Part shown: piece after piece, positions 27,207-38,117 of the stretch | Numbering within the stretch: position 1 is the first letter of the stretch | Layout of the letters: each line of letters starts with the position of its first letter | DNA from: a virus | Taxonomy: Duplodnaviria > Caudoviricetes | IMG/VR virus record: IMGVR_UViG_3300025617_000962 | Location: 1-54,509 of that record | Direction: 5' to 3' (one strand) | DNA length: 54,509 nt | Program-made: the position numbers and the translations under genes | Notes under the pieces: generated by a model | Seen by the model: only the letters and a program-made list of their open reading frames with translations | Told to the model about the DNA's origin: nothing | Database searches by the model: none

Positions 27207-27340
27207 TGACTGACGGTGAGTTGGTTATATTCTTGCAAGAGATGTCAAGAAAAGAAGAAGCAGAAAAGAATCTTAGAGCAGCACAAAATCTAAGAATATC
27301 TGCTGAAAGGTTAGCTGAACTAACTAGAGAAGAAAAATAA
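27206..27340 (+). CDS. small hypothetical protein (44 aa)
   Basis: TAATG-coupled; translated by hand. Confidence 0.5.
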   Translation: MTDGELVIFLQEMSRKEEAEKNLRAAQNLRISAERLAELTREEK

Positions 27341-27344
27341 CCAC

Positions 27345-27372
27345 AAAAGGATCCGCAAGGGTCCTTTTTTTT
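27345..27372 (+). terminator. intrinsic terminator
   Basis: AAAAGGATCC-GCAA-GGGTCCTTTT followed by a T-run. Confidence 0.8.
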
Positions 27373-27406
27373 ATAACTACATTATAAACCAAAAGGAGAC
27401 GCTGTA

Positions 27407-29191
27407 ATGAGTCATGAACAAGATAAAGCTAATGCTGAAGCAAAAAAACAGCAGCAGCAGAATGAAAAGAATGCCAAGTCAAACCAAAAGCACCAAGCTG
27501 AAATTGACAAGCAAAATGCTGACGCTGCTAAAGCTAACGCAGACAAAGAAGCAGAAGCTGCAAAGCAAAAGCAAGCACAAGCTGAAGCAGACGCTGATAA
27601 AGCACAAGCTGATTTAGACGCAGCTCATGCAGCAGAAAAAGAAGCAGCTGATAATTACGATGCAGCACAAGCTGAAGTACAAAAGTCAGCAGACATGGTA
27701 CAGCAAGTATCTAAGCCGCAGTACAATATTGAAGTAGTAGATGAAGTTGCAGTTCAAACTTCAGGTTCTGTGGGAAACGACAACGCAGGAGCAAGTGGTA
27801 GTGCAGGCGCACATGCAGGTTACGAAGCAGGTGCAAGTGCAGGCTATGAAGTAACAGACACAAGTGTTGCAGCAGGCGCAGAAGTGCATGCAAAAGTAGA
27901 AGCAGGCGCAGAAGCAAGCGGCGAAGCACATGCTAAACAAGAGATTGTACCTGGTGTAGATGCAGTAGCAGACGCAAGTGGTTCAGCAGAAGCACACGCA
28001 AGTGCAGAAGCAGAAGCACACGTTGAAGGTAGTGCAGGATGGGACGGCAGTGATGCAACAGCAGCAGTAAATGCAGGAGCAAGTGCAAGAGCAGAAGCTG
28101 GTGCAAGTGGATCAGTAGATGCAAGTGCGGGACTTGAAACACCGTTAGGAGATGTAAAAGTAGATGCAGGCGCTGAAGGTCAAGCAAACGTACACGCAGA
28201 AGCATATGCAGAAGCAGGCGCACATGCAAGTGTAGGCGAGCATGGTGTAGATGTAGGCGCAGGAGCAATTGCTGGTGCAGGAGTAGGCGCTGATGCAAGC
28301 GGTTCAGCACACTTGGGTGGTGCAGAAGTAAGCGGCAGCGCAGGAGCAAGTATTGGCGCACAAGTTGGCGCACAAGGTTCAGCACATGCAACATACGAAG
28401 ATGACACAATTTCGTTTGGCATTGACGGTGAGGCAGCATTATTAGTTGGATTAGACGTTGATGTAAATGTAGATGTTGACATTGGTCCGCTAATTGACGG
28501 TGCAAATGCAATGATGCATGCAGGCAAGAGCATGGAAGAAGCCTGTGATTATATCACTGGTGAAATTGACAAAGCACAAGAAGATGCAATTAAAGTTGCA
28601 GACGATGCACTTAAAGTTGCAAACCAAACAGCAAAAGTTGCTAACGATGCATATAACGAAACTAAAAAAGCAACAAAGGCAGCAGAAGATGCAGTTAACG
28701 ATTGTGCCAATGCAGTAACAGATGCAGCCAACCAAGTTGCCAACTGGACTGTATCGAGTGCAAATGCATTGGCAAATTCACAGGCAGCACAGCAGACTAT
28801 TAATGCCTGCAACAGTGCTATCAAAGCTTGTGACAGTGCTATCAACGAATGCAACAAAGCAATCAACAGTGCAGAAAAAGCAATCACAGATGCAGCCAAC
28901 GCAGCAGCAAAGGCAGCAGAAGATGCAGCTAATGCAACTGCAAAAGCAGGCAAGGATGCTTGGAAAGCAACCAAGAAGTTTTTCTCAGACGTGCGTCTAA
29001 AAGAGAATGTTGAATTTGTAGGCACAGTGGCAGGTATCAACACATACACCTACAACTACTTGGGATCAAGCGTAGAACACACGGGTGTTATGGCACAAGA
29101 ACTACTGGATACAGATTATGCAGCAGCAGTAAGTGTACATACAAATGGCTACTATCAAGTAGATTATAACAAGTTGCCAAAGCTACACTAA
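27407..29191 (+). CDS. Ala/Gly-rich fibrous protein with C-terminal peptidase S74 autocleaving chaperone
   Basis: SDVRLKENV...GVMAQEL...YYQVDY; flanking coiled coils. Confidence 0.75.
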   Translation: MSHEQDKANAEAKKQQQQNEKNAKSNQKHQAEIDKQNADAAKANADKEAEAAKQKQAQAEADADKAQADLDAAHAAEKEAADNYDAAQAEVQKSADMVQQVSKPQYNIEVVDEVAVQTSGSVGNDNAGASGSAGAHAGYEAGASAGYEVTDTSVAAGAEVHAKVEAGAEASGEAHAKQEIVPGVDAVADASGSAEAHASAEAEAHVEGSAGWDGSDATAAVNAGASARAEAGASGSVDASAGLETPLGDVKVDAGAEGQANVHAEAYAEAGAHASVGEHGVDVGAGAIAGAGVGADASGSAHLGGAEVSGSAGASIGAQVGAQGSAHATYEDDTISFGIDGEAALLVGLDVDVNVDVDIGPLIDGANAMMHAGKSMEEACDYITGEIDKAQEDAIKVADDALKVANQTAKVANDAYNETKKATKAAEDAVNDCANAVTDAANQVANWTVSSANALANSQAAQQTINACNSAIKACDSAINECNKAINSAEKAITDAANAAAKAAEDAANATAKAGKDAWKATKKFFSDVRLKENVEFVGTVAGINTYTYNYLGSSVEHTGVMAQELLDTDYAAAVSVHTNGYYQVDYNKLPKLH

Positions 29192-29202
29192 GGAAATAAA
29201 CT

Positions 29203-29493
29203 ATGGCTAAACCAGTCCAAGTCAGTGAAGACACAGAATTACAAATAAGTTTAAAAACTGCTGGAGCAATCCTGTTTGCTGTTGTCTCTGCTGCTGGACT
29301 GGTTTTCCATGTTGAAAGTAATATGGATGATGTGCAAGGTGAACTTGAAAAACACACCATGCATATTCAAACACTTGCACAAAAAATCAACAGTCCACAA
29401 GTACAAGAAGCACATACAGAATTGGCATTATTAAAGCTAAGAGTGCAACAGCTTGAACAAGAATTACAAGAACTTAGATTGCAAAGGCAATAA
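29203..29493 (+). CDS. single-TM coiled-coil protein
   Basis: TM segment AGAILFAVVSAAGLVF followed by heptads. Confidence 0.65.
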   Translation: MAKPVQVSEDTELQISLKTAGAILFAVVSAAGLVFHVESNMDDVQGELEKHTMHIQTLAQKINSPQVQEAHTELALLKLRVQQLEQELQELRLQRQ

Positions 29494-29496
29494 CAG

Positions 29497-30072
29497 ATGC
29501 AAGTAGAAACACTCTACAAATGCGAATACATCACTGGTAAATTTGAAACAATAGACATACAATCTATTACTGATATGGTACTTGAAAAGTATCATGCAAA
29601 CAAAACTATGTCTAAACATGCAGCAAGTATACGCAATGAAGACATACGCATAGAATTTAATTCAGAAATACAAAAGTTAGCAAAAGAATTGTGCGCCGCG
29701 TGGCATGAATATTCTGGCAATGAAATAGAACTATGCTGGAACAGTAGCATGACAGACACTGATCCTAACACAGCAGCATGGGCAGTAGTACACAGTCGTA
29801 GCGAAATGACCAATTTACACAGCCATGAAAGCTCAGAGAACTATTCTGAAGGCGCACATGTAAGTGCAGCATTTTGGGTACAGTGTCCCAAAGACAGCGG
29901 CAACTTTGTATTTCAATACAAGCCAAATCCTTACATAGTTGAACAGCACGATATAGAACCGCAACAAGGACATTATGCTATGTTTGACAGTACTATGCCG
30001 CATTTTGTAACAAAGAACTGCACAGATGAGCTACGTATAGTAATCAGCATGAATTTTAAGTTAAAAGGTTGA
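29497..30072 (+). CDS. 2OG-Fe(II) oxygenase
   Basis: HSH...H.V...RIVISMN. Confidence 0.8.
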   Translation: MQVETLYKCEYITGKFETIDIQSITDMVLEKYHANKTMSKHAASIRNEDIRIEFNSEIQKLAKELCAAWHEYSGNEIELCWNSSMTDTDPNTAAWAVVHSRSEMTNLHSHESSENYSEGAHVSAAFWVQCPKDSGNFVFQYKPNPYIVEQHDIEPQQGHYAMFDSTMPHFVTKNCTDELRIVISMNFKLKG

Positions 30073-30127
30073 CAGCTCACTAAACTCCTGCTATACTGTA
30101 TAGACAGTAACAAAGCAGGAGTTTTTT
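30069..30127 (+). promoter_or_regulatory. sigma70-type promoter overlapping an SD-sequestering hairpin/T-run
   Basis: TTGACA-N17-TATACT; AAACTCCTGCT pairs with AGCAGGAGTTT. Confidence 0.7.
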
Positions 30128-30577
30128 ATGACTATGTCATTAGTAAGAGGCATGAGCACTCTTAATACTAAAAAACCTAAAGCAAAGAAACTAAACAAGA
30201 AAGACATGGATCGTCTTCAACTTGAATGGCGTCAGTACAACAAGCGTATGCGCCGCAATAACAATCATAGCCTACAGTTTAACGAGTTTGATGATTATGT
30301 TGCATACACCCGTGGGCAGTATAAACCTAAACGCAAGGAAGATAAGGAGTTTAAACCCTATGCGCAAACCCAACCGAATGTCCGCGACACAACGACATAT
30401 CGAAGCCTCAAAACGTCAAACGAAATCCCAGGCTACGCCCCCAAAAAAGAAGTCCAAACCTACTCAGGAGAAAGACAACTCCTCGGAATAGCGACGATGC
30501 ACAAATCAAATATGGTTCCTATCTTTGCAGATAACAAAGAAGAAGCCAAAGAAATTGCGCAGATGCGCCGCAACTAA
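30128..30577 (+). CDS. conserved-type T4-like hypothetical protein
   Basis: C-terminal GIATMHKSNMVP. Confidence 0.75.
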   Translation: MTMSLVRGMSTLNTKKPKAKKLNKKDMDRLQLEWRQYNKRMRRNNNHSLQFNEFDDYVAYTRGQYKPKRKEDKEFKPYAQTQPNVRDTTTYRSLKTSNEIPGYAPKKEVQTYSGERQLLGIATMHKSNMVPIFADNKEEAKEIAQMRRN

Positions 30578-30591
30578 TCAAAGGCAACACA

Positions 30592-31110
30592 ATGAAAAAT
30601 TATATTGAGGCAGTACTCAAAGGCATTCTTATTGGCAGCATTGCAGTGTTTATTGCAAGCACAGCACAAGCAAAAGGGTTGTTCACAGCAGACGATGATC
30701 CGCAAGCATGGTGCTTGGCACAGAACATCTACTACGAAGCTCGCGGCAGTAGTTTAGCGGACGCAGCAGCAGTATCTGATGTAGTTATCAATCGTGTACA
30801 AGACACACGTTATCCTAATACAATTTGCGCAGTAGTACAGCAAGGTAAGAAAACATCTTCTGGTGCTATGAAACGCAATGCGTGTCAGTTCTCGTGGTAC
30901 TGCGATGGCAAGAGCGACTGGCCCACAGACACAGACAGCTGGGTTAAGGCACAAGAACTTGCACTGTCTATGATACTTTATGGTAAATATCGTGGCATTA
31001 CAGAAGGTGCAACACACTATCATGCACACTATGTAAATCCTCGCTGGGCACGTAGCTTCGATTTAACAGGCACAATCGGCGATCATAAGTTTTATCGTTG
31101 GAATCAGTAA
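30592..31110 (+). CDS. SleB/Hydrolase_2 cell wall hydrolase
   Basis: CLAQNIYYEARG, CQFSWYCDG, GATHYHA, IGDHKFY. Confidence 0.9.
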   Translation: MKNYIEAVLKGILIGSIAVFIASTAQAKGLFTADDDPQAWCLAQNIYYEARGSSLADAAAVSDVVINRVQDTRYPNTICAVVQQGKKTSSGAMKRNACQFSWYCDGKSDWPTDTDSWVKAQELALSMILYGKYRGITEGATHYHAHYVNPRWARSFDLTGTIGDHKFYRWNQ

Positions 31111-31152
31111 TAATAGTGCTTAATATACCAGACAGAATGGGTTAAATAATAT

Positions 31153-33456
31153 ATGATATTTGGAATACTTACTCTTATCACTGCTCTATGTATCAGTGCA
31201 GTGGCAATATATTACTCTGTCGCAGGATTGGTAGCAATCTTTGCGGCAGCAGCTCTACCCATTATGATTATGGGCGGCACATTAGAAATAGCAAAACTTG
31301 TAACCGCAGTGTGGTTACACAAGTACTGGAAGCAAGCTACATGGTGGCTTAAAACGTATCTAAGCGTGGCTGTAGTGGTGCTTATGTTTATTACAAGCAT
31401 GGGCATCTTTGGCTTTCTAAGCAAAGCACACATTGAACAAACAAGTGCCAGTGAAGAAAGTGTAGCAAGAGTAGAAAGTATTACAGATGAAATTGCTAGA
31501 CAGAACGCTATTGTTACTCGTGCAAACACACGCATTGCACAGTTGGAAAACAGTGAAACAGGCGCTGACGCAACTATACAAGCACAAATTGACAAAGAGC
31601 AAACTCGTATTGATCGTGCATTTGAACGTATCCAACCTGCTATACAACAGCAGAATCAAATTATTTCAGATGCAAGAACAGATGATGCAACACGCACAAA
31701 GCCATATGAAGATCAACTTGCTAGTATACAAGCAGAAGTGCTAAGACTAGAGTCTAGTGCAAAAGAATACGAAACAAGTATCACAGAACTTGACACAGAC
31801 AACAGTGCAGTAGAACCATTGCTTGCACAGATTGCCAGTCTTGAAGAAGAAATCATTCGTGTAACCAATCAAATCAATAGTGGCGAGCAACAACAGGTTA
31901 GAGCAGGACAAGCAATTATAGGCGTGTCAAGTGATGGCTTGTTTGGCGGCAACACTAGAACAGCACTAGCAGCTTGGGTAAGTGGACAGCGTGAGCGCAT
32001 CACACAAATACAAGGTGAAGTAGCACAGGTGCGCAAGGATGCAACAGCTACAGTTGATGCAGAGCGTATACGTTTAGCAGATGTAGTCAAAGACATTCGC
32101 ACAGTACAAATTCCTGCACTCAAAGATCGCGAGCTTGCAATGCTTGCTAAGATTGACGAAGTGCGTCAAACAGAGTCCCCTGTTATTAAAACAGCAAGAG
32201 ATGAAATACAGAGACTACGTGAAAGTGCAGAGTCACAAGTAGCACAGTCACAAACACTAATTGAACGTCTACGCAGTCAACTGGGCGATGTAGGCAATGC
32301 ACAAGAACTTGAAGCAGACATAGACGAACAACAAAATCGTATTAGAACTGCTAACACAGAAATTGACACACTCACAGAAGAAAAGATTAAACTAGAAGCA
32401 GAATATCGCAAACTAGAAGCAGAAGTAGGACCTATCAAATACATTGCTGAATTCGTATATGGCGAAGCAGCAGATGGCAACATGCTGGAAGAAGCTGTGC
32501 GTTGGGTAATAATTATTATTATCTTTGTGTTTGATCCACTCGCAGTCCTATTATTAATAGCCGCACAGTATACTTTTGAGTTCCGCAAGAAAGAACTTGA
32601 AGATGATGACGGTGAACGTCTTCGGCTCGAGAGAGCTGAATACGAACGAGCAAGAGCACAAGCAATAGTTGACAATCCTGGAGTTACATTTGATAATCCT
32701 CTACCTGAGGATAGTAGCAATACAGATGTCAGTGCGACTGCCGAACAAAAGGAAGAAGTAGATGACGTCATTAATAGACCTGATGATGGGAAACAAGATC
32801 AAGACACCGCCGACGGAAGTGGAACAGACGCAAGAGATAGTTCCAGCAAAGCCAGCGATGACATCAGAACAGTTGAAAGAGATGATCAACCATCTGGAGC
32901 CGGACACGATGGAGGAGACGATCCCGACAGAGTGGAACAACCCGGAAGAGGAGAGTTAGATGAATACATACAGTCATATATTACAGCAGATAGCACTACA
33001 GCAGATGATGCTAGCAGAGACATTGTATCAGAAACAGATACTGCCGTGGCAGATGCAGATGATACAGAATTGGAACCAACAGAAATACAAGCTGATGAGC
33101 CTCCAAAAAAAGTAGGCGTTATTCCTGATACCAAGAACAGAATGTTCTACCCAGAAGAGCTCCAAAAACCTAAAAAAAAAGTAGAGTCAGAGTTACCGGA
33201 AGAATTAAATCCAAATAGCAAATACTATAGTAAACAGGAGCAAGACGATTCTTGGGTGACTGCCCGGGCAGATTGGGAAGCTAGAAATCCAACTGAAGAC
33301 AGAGCAGCGTGGCGACATGCTTTTGAATCTGGAGAAATAAACTCACTTCCATGGGAAACAGCAGTAATTGATGATAACTACAATACACAAGAAGGTTATC
33401 GGCAAAATGCAGAGCAAAGCGACAATACATTGTTTAACAAACTATCTAACAAATAG
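31153..33456 (+). CDS. membrane-anchored long coiled-coil protein with acidic tail
   Basis: N-terminal TM segments; DGLFGGNTRTAL peptidoglycan-binding-like motif; FVFDPLA TM. Confidence 0.75.
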   Translation: MIFGILTLITALCISAVAIYYSVAGLVAIFAAAALPIMIMGGTLEIAKLVTAVWLHKYWKQATWWLKTYLSVAVVVLMFITSMGIFGFLSKAHIEQTSASEESVARVESITDEIARQNAIVTRANTRIAQLENSETGADATIQAQIDKEQTRIDRAFERIQPAIQQQNQIISDARTDDATRTKPYEDQLASIQAEVLRLESSAKEYETSITELDTDNSAVEPLLAQIASLEEEIIRVTNQINSGEQQQVRAGQAIIGVSSDGLFGGNTRTALAAWVSGQRERITQIQGEVAQVRKDATATVDAERIRLADVVKDIRTVQIPALKDRELAMLAKIDEVRQTESPVIKTARDEIQRLRESAESQVAQSQTLIERLRSQLGDVGNAQELEADIDEQQNRIRTANTEIDTLTEEKIKLEAEYRKLEAEVGPIKYIAEFVYGEAADGNMLEEAVRWVIIIIIFVFDPLAVLLLIAAQYTFEFRKKELEDDDGERLRLERAEYERARAQAIVDNPGVTFDNPLPEDSSNTDVSATAEQKEEVDDVINRPDDGKQDQDTADGSGTDARDSSSKASDDIRTVERDDQPSGAGHDGGDDPDRVEQPGRGELDEYIQSYITADSTTADDASRDIVSETDTAVADADDTELEPTEIQADEPPKKVGVIPDTKNRMFYPEELQKPKKKVESELPEELNPNSKYYSKQEQDDSWVTARADWEARNPTEDRAAWRHAFESGEINSLPWETAVIDDNYNTQEGYRQNAEQSDNTLFNKLSNK

Positions 33457-33463
33457 GTCCTAA

Positions 33464-33862
33464 GTGAACAAAATTAATATAGTCACTGCACCAGATATGC
33501 TATTCAACGACAGTCTTCAACTGTTGTTGGTGTATCCTAGCAAGCAGATACAAGATGAACTCCAAAACAACTTTTTAACTAACATAGAAGTAGATGTTAA
33601 TATATACGTTTATGATAAACCTGTGTATGATAAAAAAGAAGTTGAATGGCTGTTAAATGTCTTTAAACAGTGTGACACAACAATAGTAGATATAGATAAT
33701 ACATCACCCTGGGCCAGAGACCTTTTAAGCTATATGATAGCTAAAAACAAGACATATTGGTTGACAAACAGCCAAGATTCAGTATATAATAGTTTAAGTA
33801 ATAATAAAGTTTATAACTTAGATTTTTTGTCTAATATAGGAGATAATTTTGAGACAGAATAA
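33464..33862 (+). CDS. hypothetical phage protein
   Basis: GTG-start ORF in the operon. Confidence 0.7.
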   Translation: MNKINIVTAPDMLFNDSLQLLLVYPSKQIQDELQNNFLTNIEVDVNIYVYDKPVYDKKEVEWLLNVFKQCDTTIVDIDNTSPWARDLLSYMIAKNKTYWLTNSQDSVYNSLSNNKVYNLDFLSNIGDNFETE

Positions 33863-34091
33863 TAATCAAGAACGTCGAGGACTGAGTGTCGAAGTGCGCA
33901 ACAACGATGTTAATTTTGCACTACGCAAATTTAAAAAGAAAGTTGCAGAAGACGGTATTTTACAAGAGCTTCGAAATAGAGAATTTTACGAAAAACCTAG
34001 TGTTAAACGTGCAAAGGCAAAAAAAGCTGGACGAGCTCGTTGGCTTAAAAAGCAAGCTAAAGACGATATCAACACAACCCGTAATTTTTAA
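33849..34091 (+). CDS. rpsU: ribosomal protein bS21
   Basis: ALRKFKKKV...[15 protein letters not shown]; AGGAG SD; promoter TTGACA at 33761. Confidence 0.9.
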   Translation: MRQNNNQERRGLSVEVRNNDVNFALRKFKKKVAEDGILQELRNREFYEKPSVKRAKAKKAGRARWLKKQAKDDINTTRNF

Positions 34092-34100
34092 GAGGCTGTA

Positions 34101-35234
34101 ATGCGCATTGATAATGAAGTTCGATTGGATTACAAAGACGTACTAATTCGTCCCAAGCGTAGTACTCTTAAAAGTCGCTCTCAAGTGCGACTTGAGCGTA
34201 AGTTCACATTTCGCAACTATGAGCCGCCGTTTCCACAAAATATCAAAGATGATCACTATGAAGGTATTCCTATTATGGCTGCTAACATGGATGGCGTTGG
34301 TACGTTTGAAATGGCAGACACACTAGGCGCTCAAGGCATCTTTACTTGTCTAGTTAAAACATACACTGCGGAAGAACTTATTGATTATTTCTACGGTGAC
34401 GGACTCAATCGCACAGACTATGTAGCTATGAGCATTGGCACAAGCGAAGCAGACTTTGAAAAGTTGTGTGCTGTGTCTGAGAAGTGCGAAGACAATCTAA
34501 AATACGTGTGTATGGATATTGCAAATGGATATTCAGAACACTTTGCAGATCGAGTACGTGAAGTGCGCAAACGCTTCCCACACATTGTAATCATCGCAGG
34601 TAATGTTGTTACAGGCGAAATGACGGAGGAACTTATTCTTGCTGGAGCCGATATTGTTAAAGTGGGTATTGGCCCTGGTAGTGTTTGTACTACTCGTATT
34701 CAAACTGGGGTGGGATATCCGCAACTGTCAGCAGTTATCGAGTGTGCAGACGCGGCGCACGGTCTTGGCGGACATATCATTGCTGATGGTGGTTGCACTT
34801 GTCCTGGGGACGTGGCTAAAGCCTTTGCAGCTGGCGCTGACTTTGTAATGCTAGGCGGTATGCTAGCAGGACACGACGAAGGCGGTGGCAAAGTAATTAC
34901 AAAAAGTTACCTAACAAACGAATTAAGCGAAAAATCAGGATACACTGAACAATATGTAGAAACAAAAGAGTTTGTGCAGTTCTACGGTATGAGTAGTGAT
35001 GCCGCAAACACAAAGCATTTTGGCGGATTGAAAGATTATCGTTCGTCAGAAGGTAGAGAAGTACTTGTTCCCTATCGCGGAGCAGTGGCTACTACCGTAC
35101 AAGACTTGCTCGGAGGTATTCGATCAACTTGTACATACGCAGGCGCTATGAAGCTCAAGCAACTTAGCAAATGCACAACCTTTGTTCGTTGTACACAGCA
35201 ATTTAATGCTGTTTATGCGAATAATAATAAATAA
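34101..35234 (+). CDS. guaC: GMP reductase
   Basis: [44 protein letters not shown]. Confidence 0.95.
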   Translation: MRIDNEVRLDYKDVLIRPKRSTLKSRSQVRLERKFTFRNYEPPFPQNIKDDHYEGIPIMAANMDGVGTFEMADTLGAQGIFTCLVKTYTAEELIDYFYGDGLNRTDYVAMSIGTSEADFEKLCAVSEKCEDNLKYVCMDIANGYSEHFADRVREVRKRFPHIVIIAGNVVTGEMTEELILAGADIVKVGIGPGSVCTTRIQTGVGYPQLSAVIECADAAHGLGGHIIADGGCTCPGDVAKAFAAGADFVMLGGMLAGHDEGGGKVITKSYLTNELSEKSGYTEQYVETKEFVQFYGMSSDAANTKHFGGLKDYRSSEGREVLVPYRGAVATTVQDLLGGIRSTCTYAGAMKLKQLSKCTTFVRCTQQFNAVYANNNK

Positions 35235-35238
35235 AGAC

Positions 35239-35287
35239 GGAACGCCAGACGGGTTCCAAACAATCTTGCTTAACAAGGAGAAATAGA

Positions 35288-35290
<3 letters not shown>
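35239..35290 (+). promoter_or_regulatory. ROSE-like RNA thermometer leader of groES
   Basis: 5' hairpin, then TCTTGCTT pairing with the AAGGAGA SD. Confidence 0.6.
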
Positions 35291-37211
<1,921 letters not shown>

Positions 37212-37227
37212 TACCTCAATGATAAAT

Positions 37228-37288
37228 AAAAGTGCAACGCCGAAAGGGTTGCACTTTTTAATCTTGCTTTATAAGGAGAAAACAAATG
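37228..37288 (+). promoter_or_regulatory. ROSE-like RNA thermometer leader of the sHsp gene
   Basis: Same architecture as the groES leader. Confidence 0.7.
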
Positions 37289-37756
37289 ACAAGACTAACA
37301 ACTCTAGACCTACCTTCATTCCACAGATCAACTGTAGGATTTGACAGACTATTTAACGAACTGGACAGACAGTTTACTAACAGTCAATCACAAGGTTACC
37401 CACCATACAACATTGCACAGATCAACGAAGACGAGTTTATGATTACACTTGCTGTCGCTGGCCTCGGCATGGATAACTTGGACATTACCAAAGACGGTAA
37501 CATCCTACGTGTAGAAGGTACTTCGCCTAAGGGTGGAGAACATGTAAACTATTTGCACAAAGGAATTGCAGAGCGCAACTTCCGTAGAGAGTTTACACTT
37601 GCTGATCACGTTGAAGTTGAAAGCGCAGGCCTTGAGCATGGCATGCTGAACATTCATCTCAAGCGTGAAGTTCCAGAAGAATTGCAGCCCAAGAAGATTG
37701 CAATCAAAGACTGGAACGGACACGTTCAAGAAGCAATTGACACTGACAGCGAGTAA
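37286..37756 (+). CDS. ibpA: small heat-shock protein (IbpA/Hsp20)
   Basis: GFDRLF, YPPYNI, YLHKGIAERNF, GMLNI. Confidence 0.93.
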   Translation: MTRLTTLDLPSFHRSTVGFDRLFNELDRQFTNSQSQGYPPYNIAQINEDEFMITLAVAGLGMDNLDITKDGNILRVEGTSPKGGEHVNYLHKGIAERNFRREFTLADHVEVESAGLEHGMLNIHLKREVPEELQPKKIAIKDWNGHVQEAIDTDSE

Positions 37757-37763
37757 GCAGTCT

Positions 37764-37795
37764 TTGGGGAAGTGTAACAGCTTCCCCAATTTATT
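37764..37795 (+). terminator. hairpin, probable terminator
   Basis: TTGGGGAAG...CTTCCCCAA followed by a T-rich tail. Confidence 0.6.
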
Positions 37796-37808
37796 TTAGG
37801 AGATAAGA

Positions 37809-38117
37809 ATGAGTACAGATACAGACGTCATAATTGACGAAAAGATCAAACAAACAGTTAAAGAGCCGAGTAATTATAATGTTATTATGCTCAATGATGA
37901 CACTACTCCTGTAGAATGGGTTATCGGTGTACTTAAACAAATTTTTAAACACACTGATGTAAATGCAGAATCTTTAACAATGAGTATTCATAATGAAGGA
38001 TCGGCTGTTGTTGGTACGTATAAGTACGAGATAGCAGAGCAAAAAAGTAACGAAGCAATTAATGCCAGTCGTAATCACGGATTTTCCTTACAAGTGAAAG
38101 TAGAAGAATCGGAATGA
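37809..38117 (+). CDS. clpS: N-end-rule adaptor ClpS
   Basis: YNVIMLNDDTTPVEWV...IHNEGSAVVG..EIAEQK. Confidence 0.9.
   Translation: MSTDTDVIIDEKIKQTVKEPSNYNVIMLNDDTTPVEWVIGVLKQIFKHTDVNAESLTMSIHNEGSAVVGTYKYEIAEQKSNEAINASRNHGFSLQVKVEESE

Noticed and set aside
27414-29049. Alternative-frame and antisense ORFs over the Ala/Gly-rich gene
   Set aside because: Explained by GCA/GCT-rich low-complexity codons that lack stops in other frames; no SDs.
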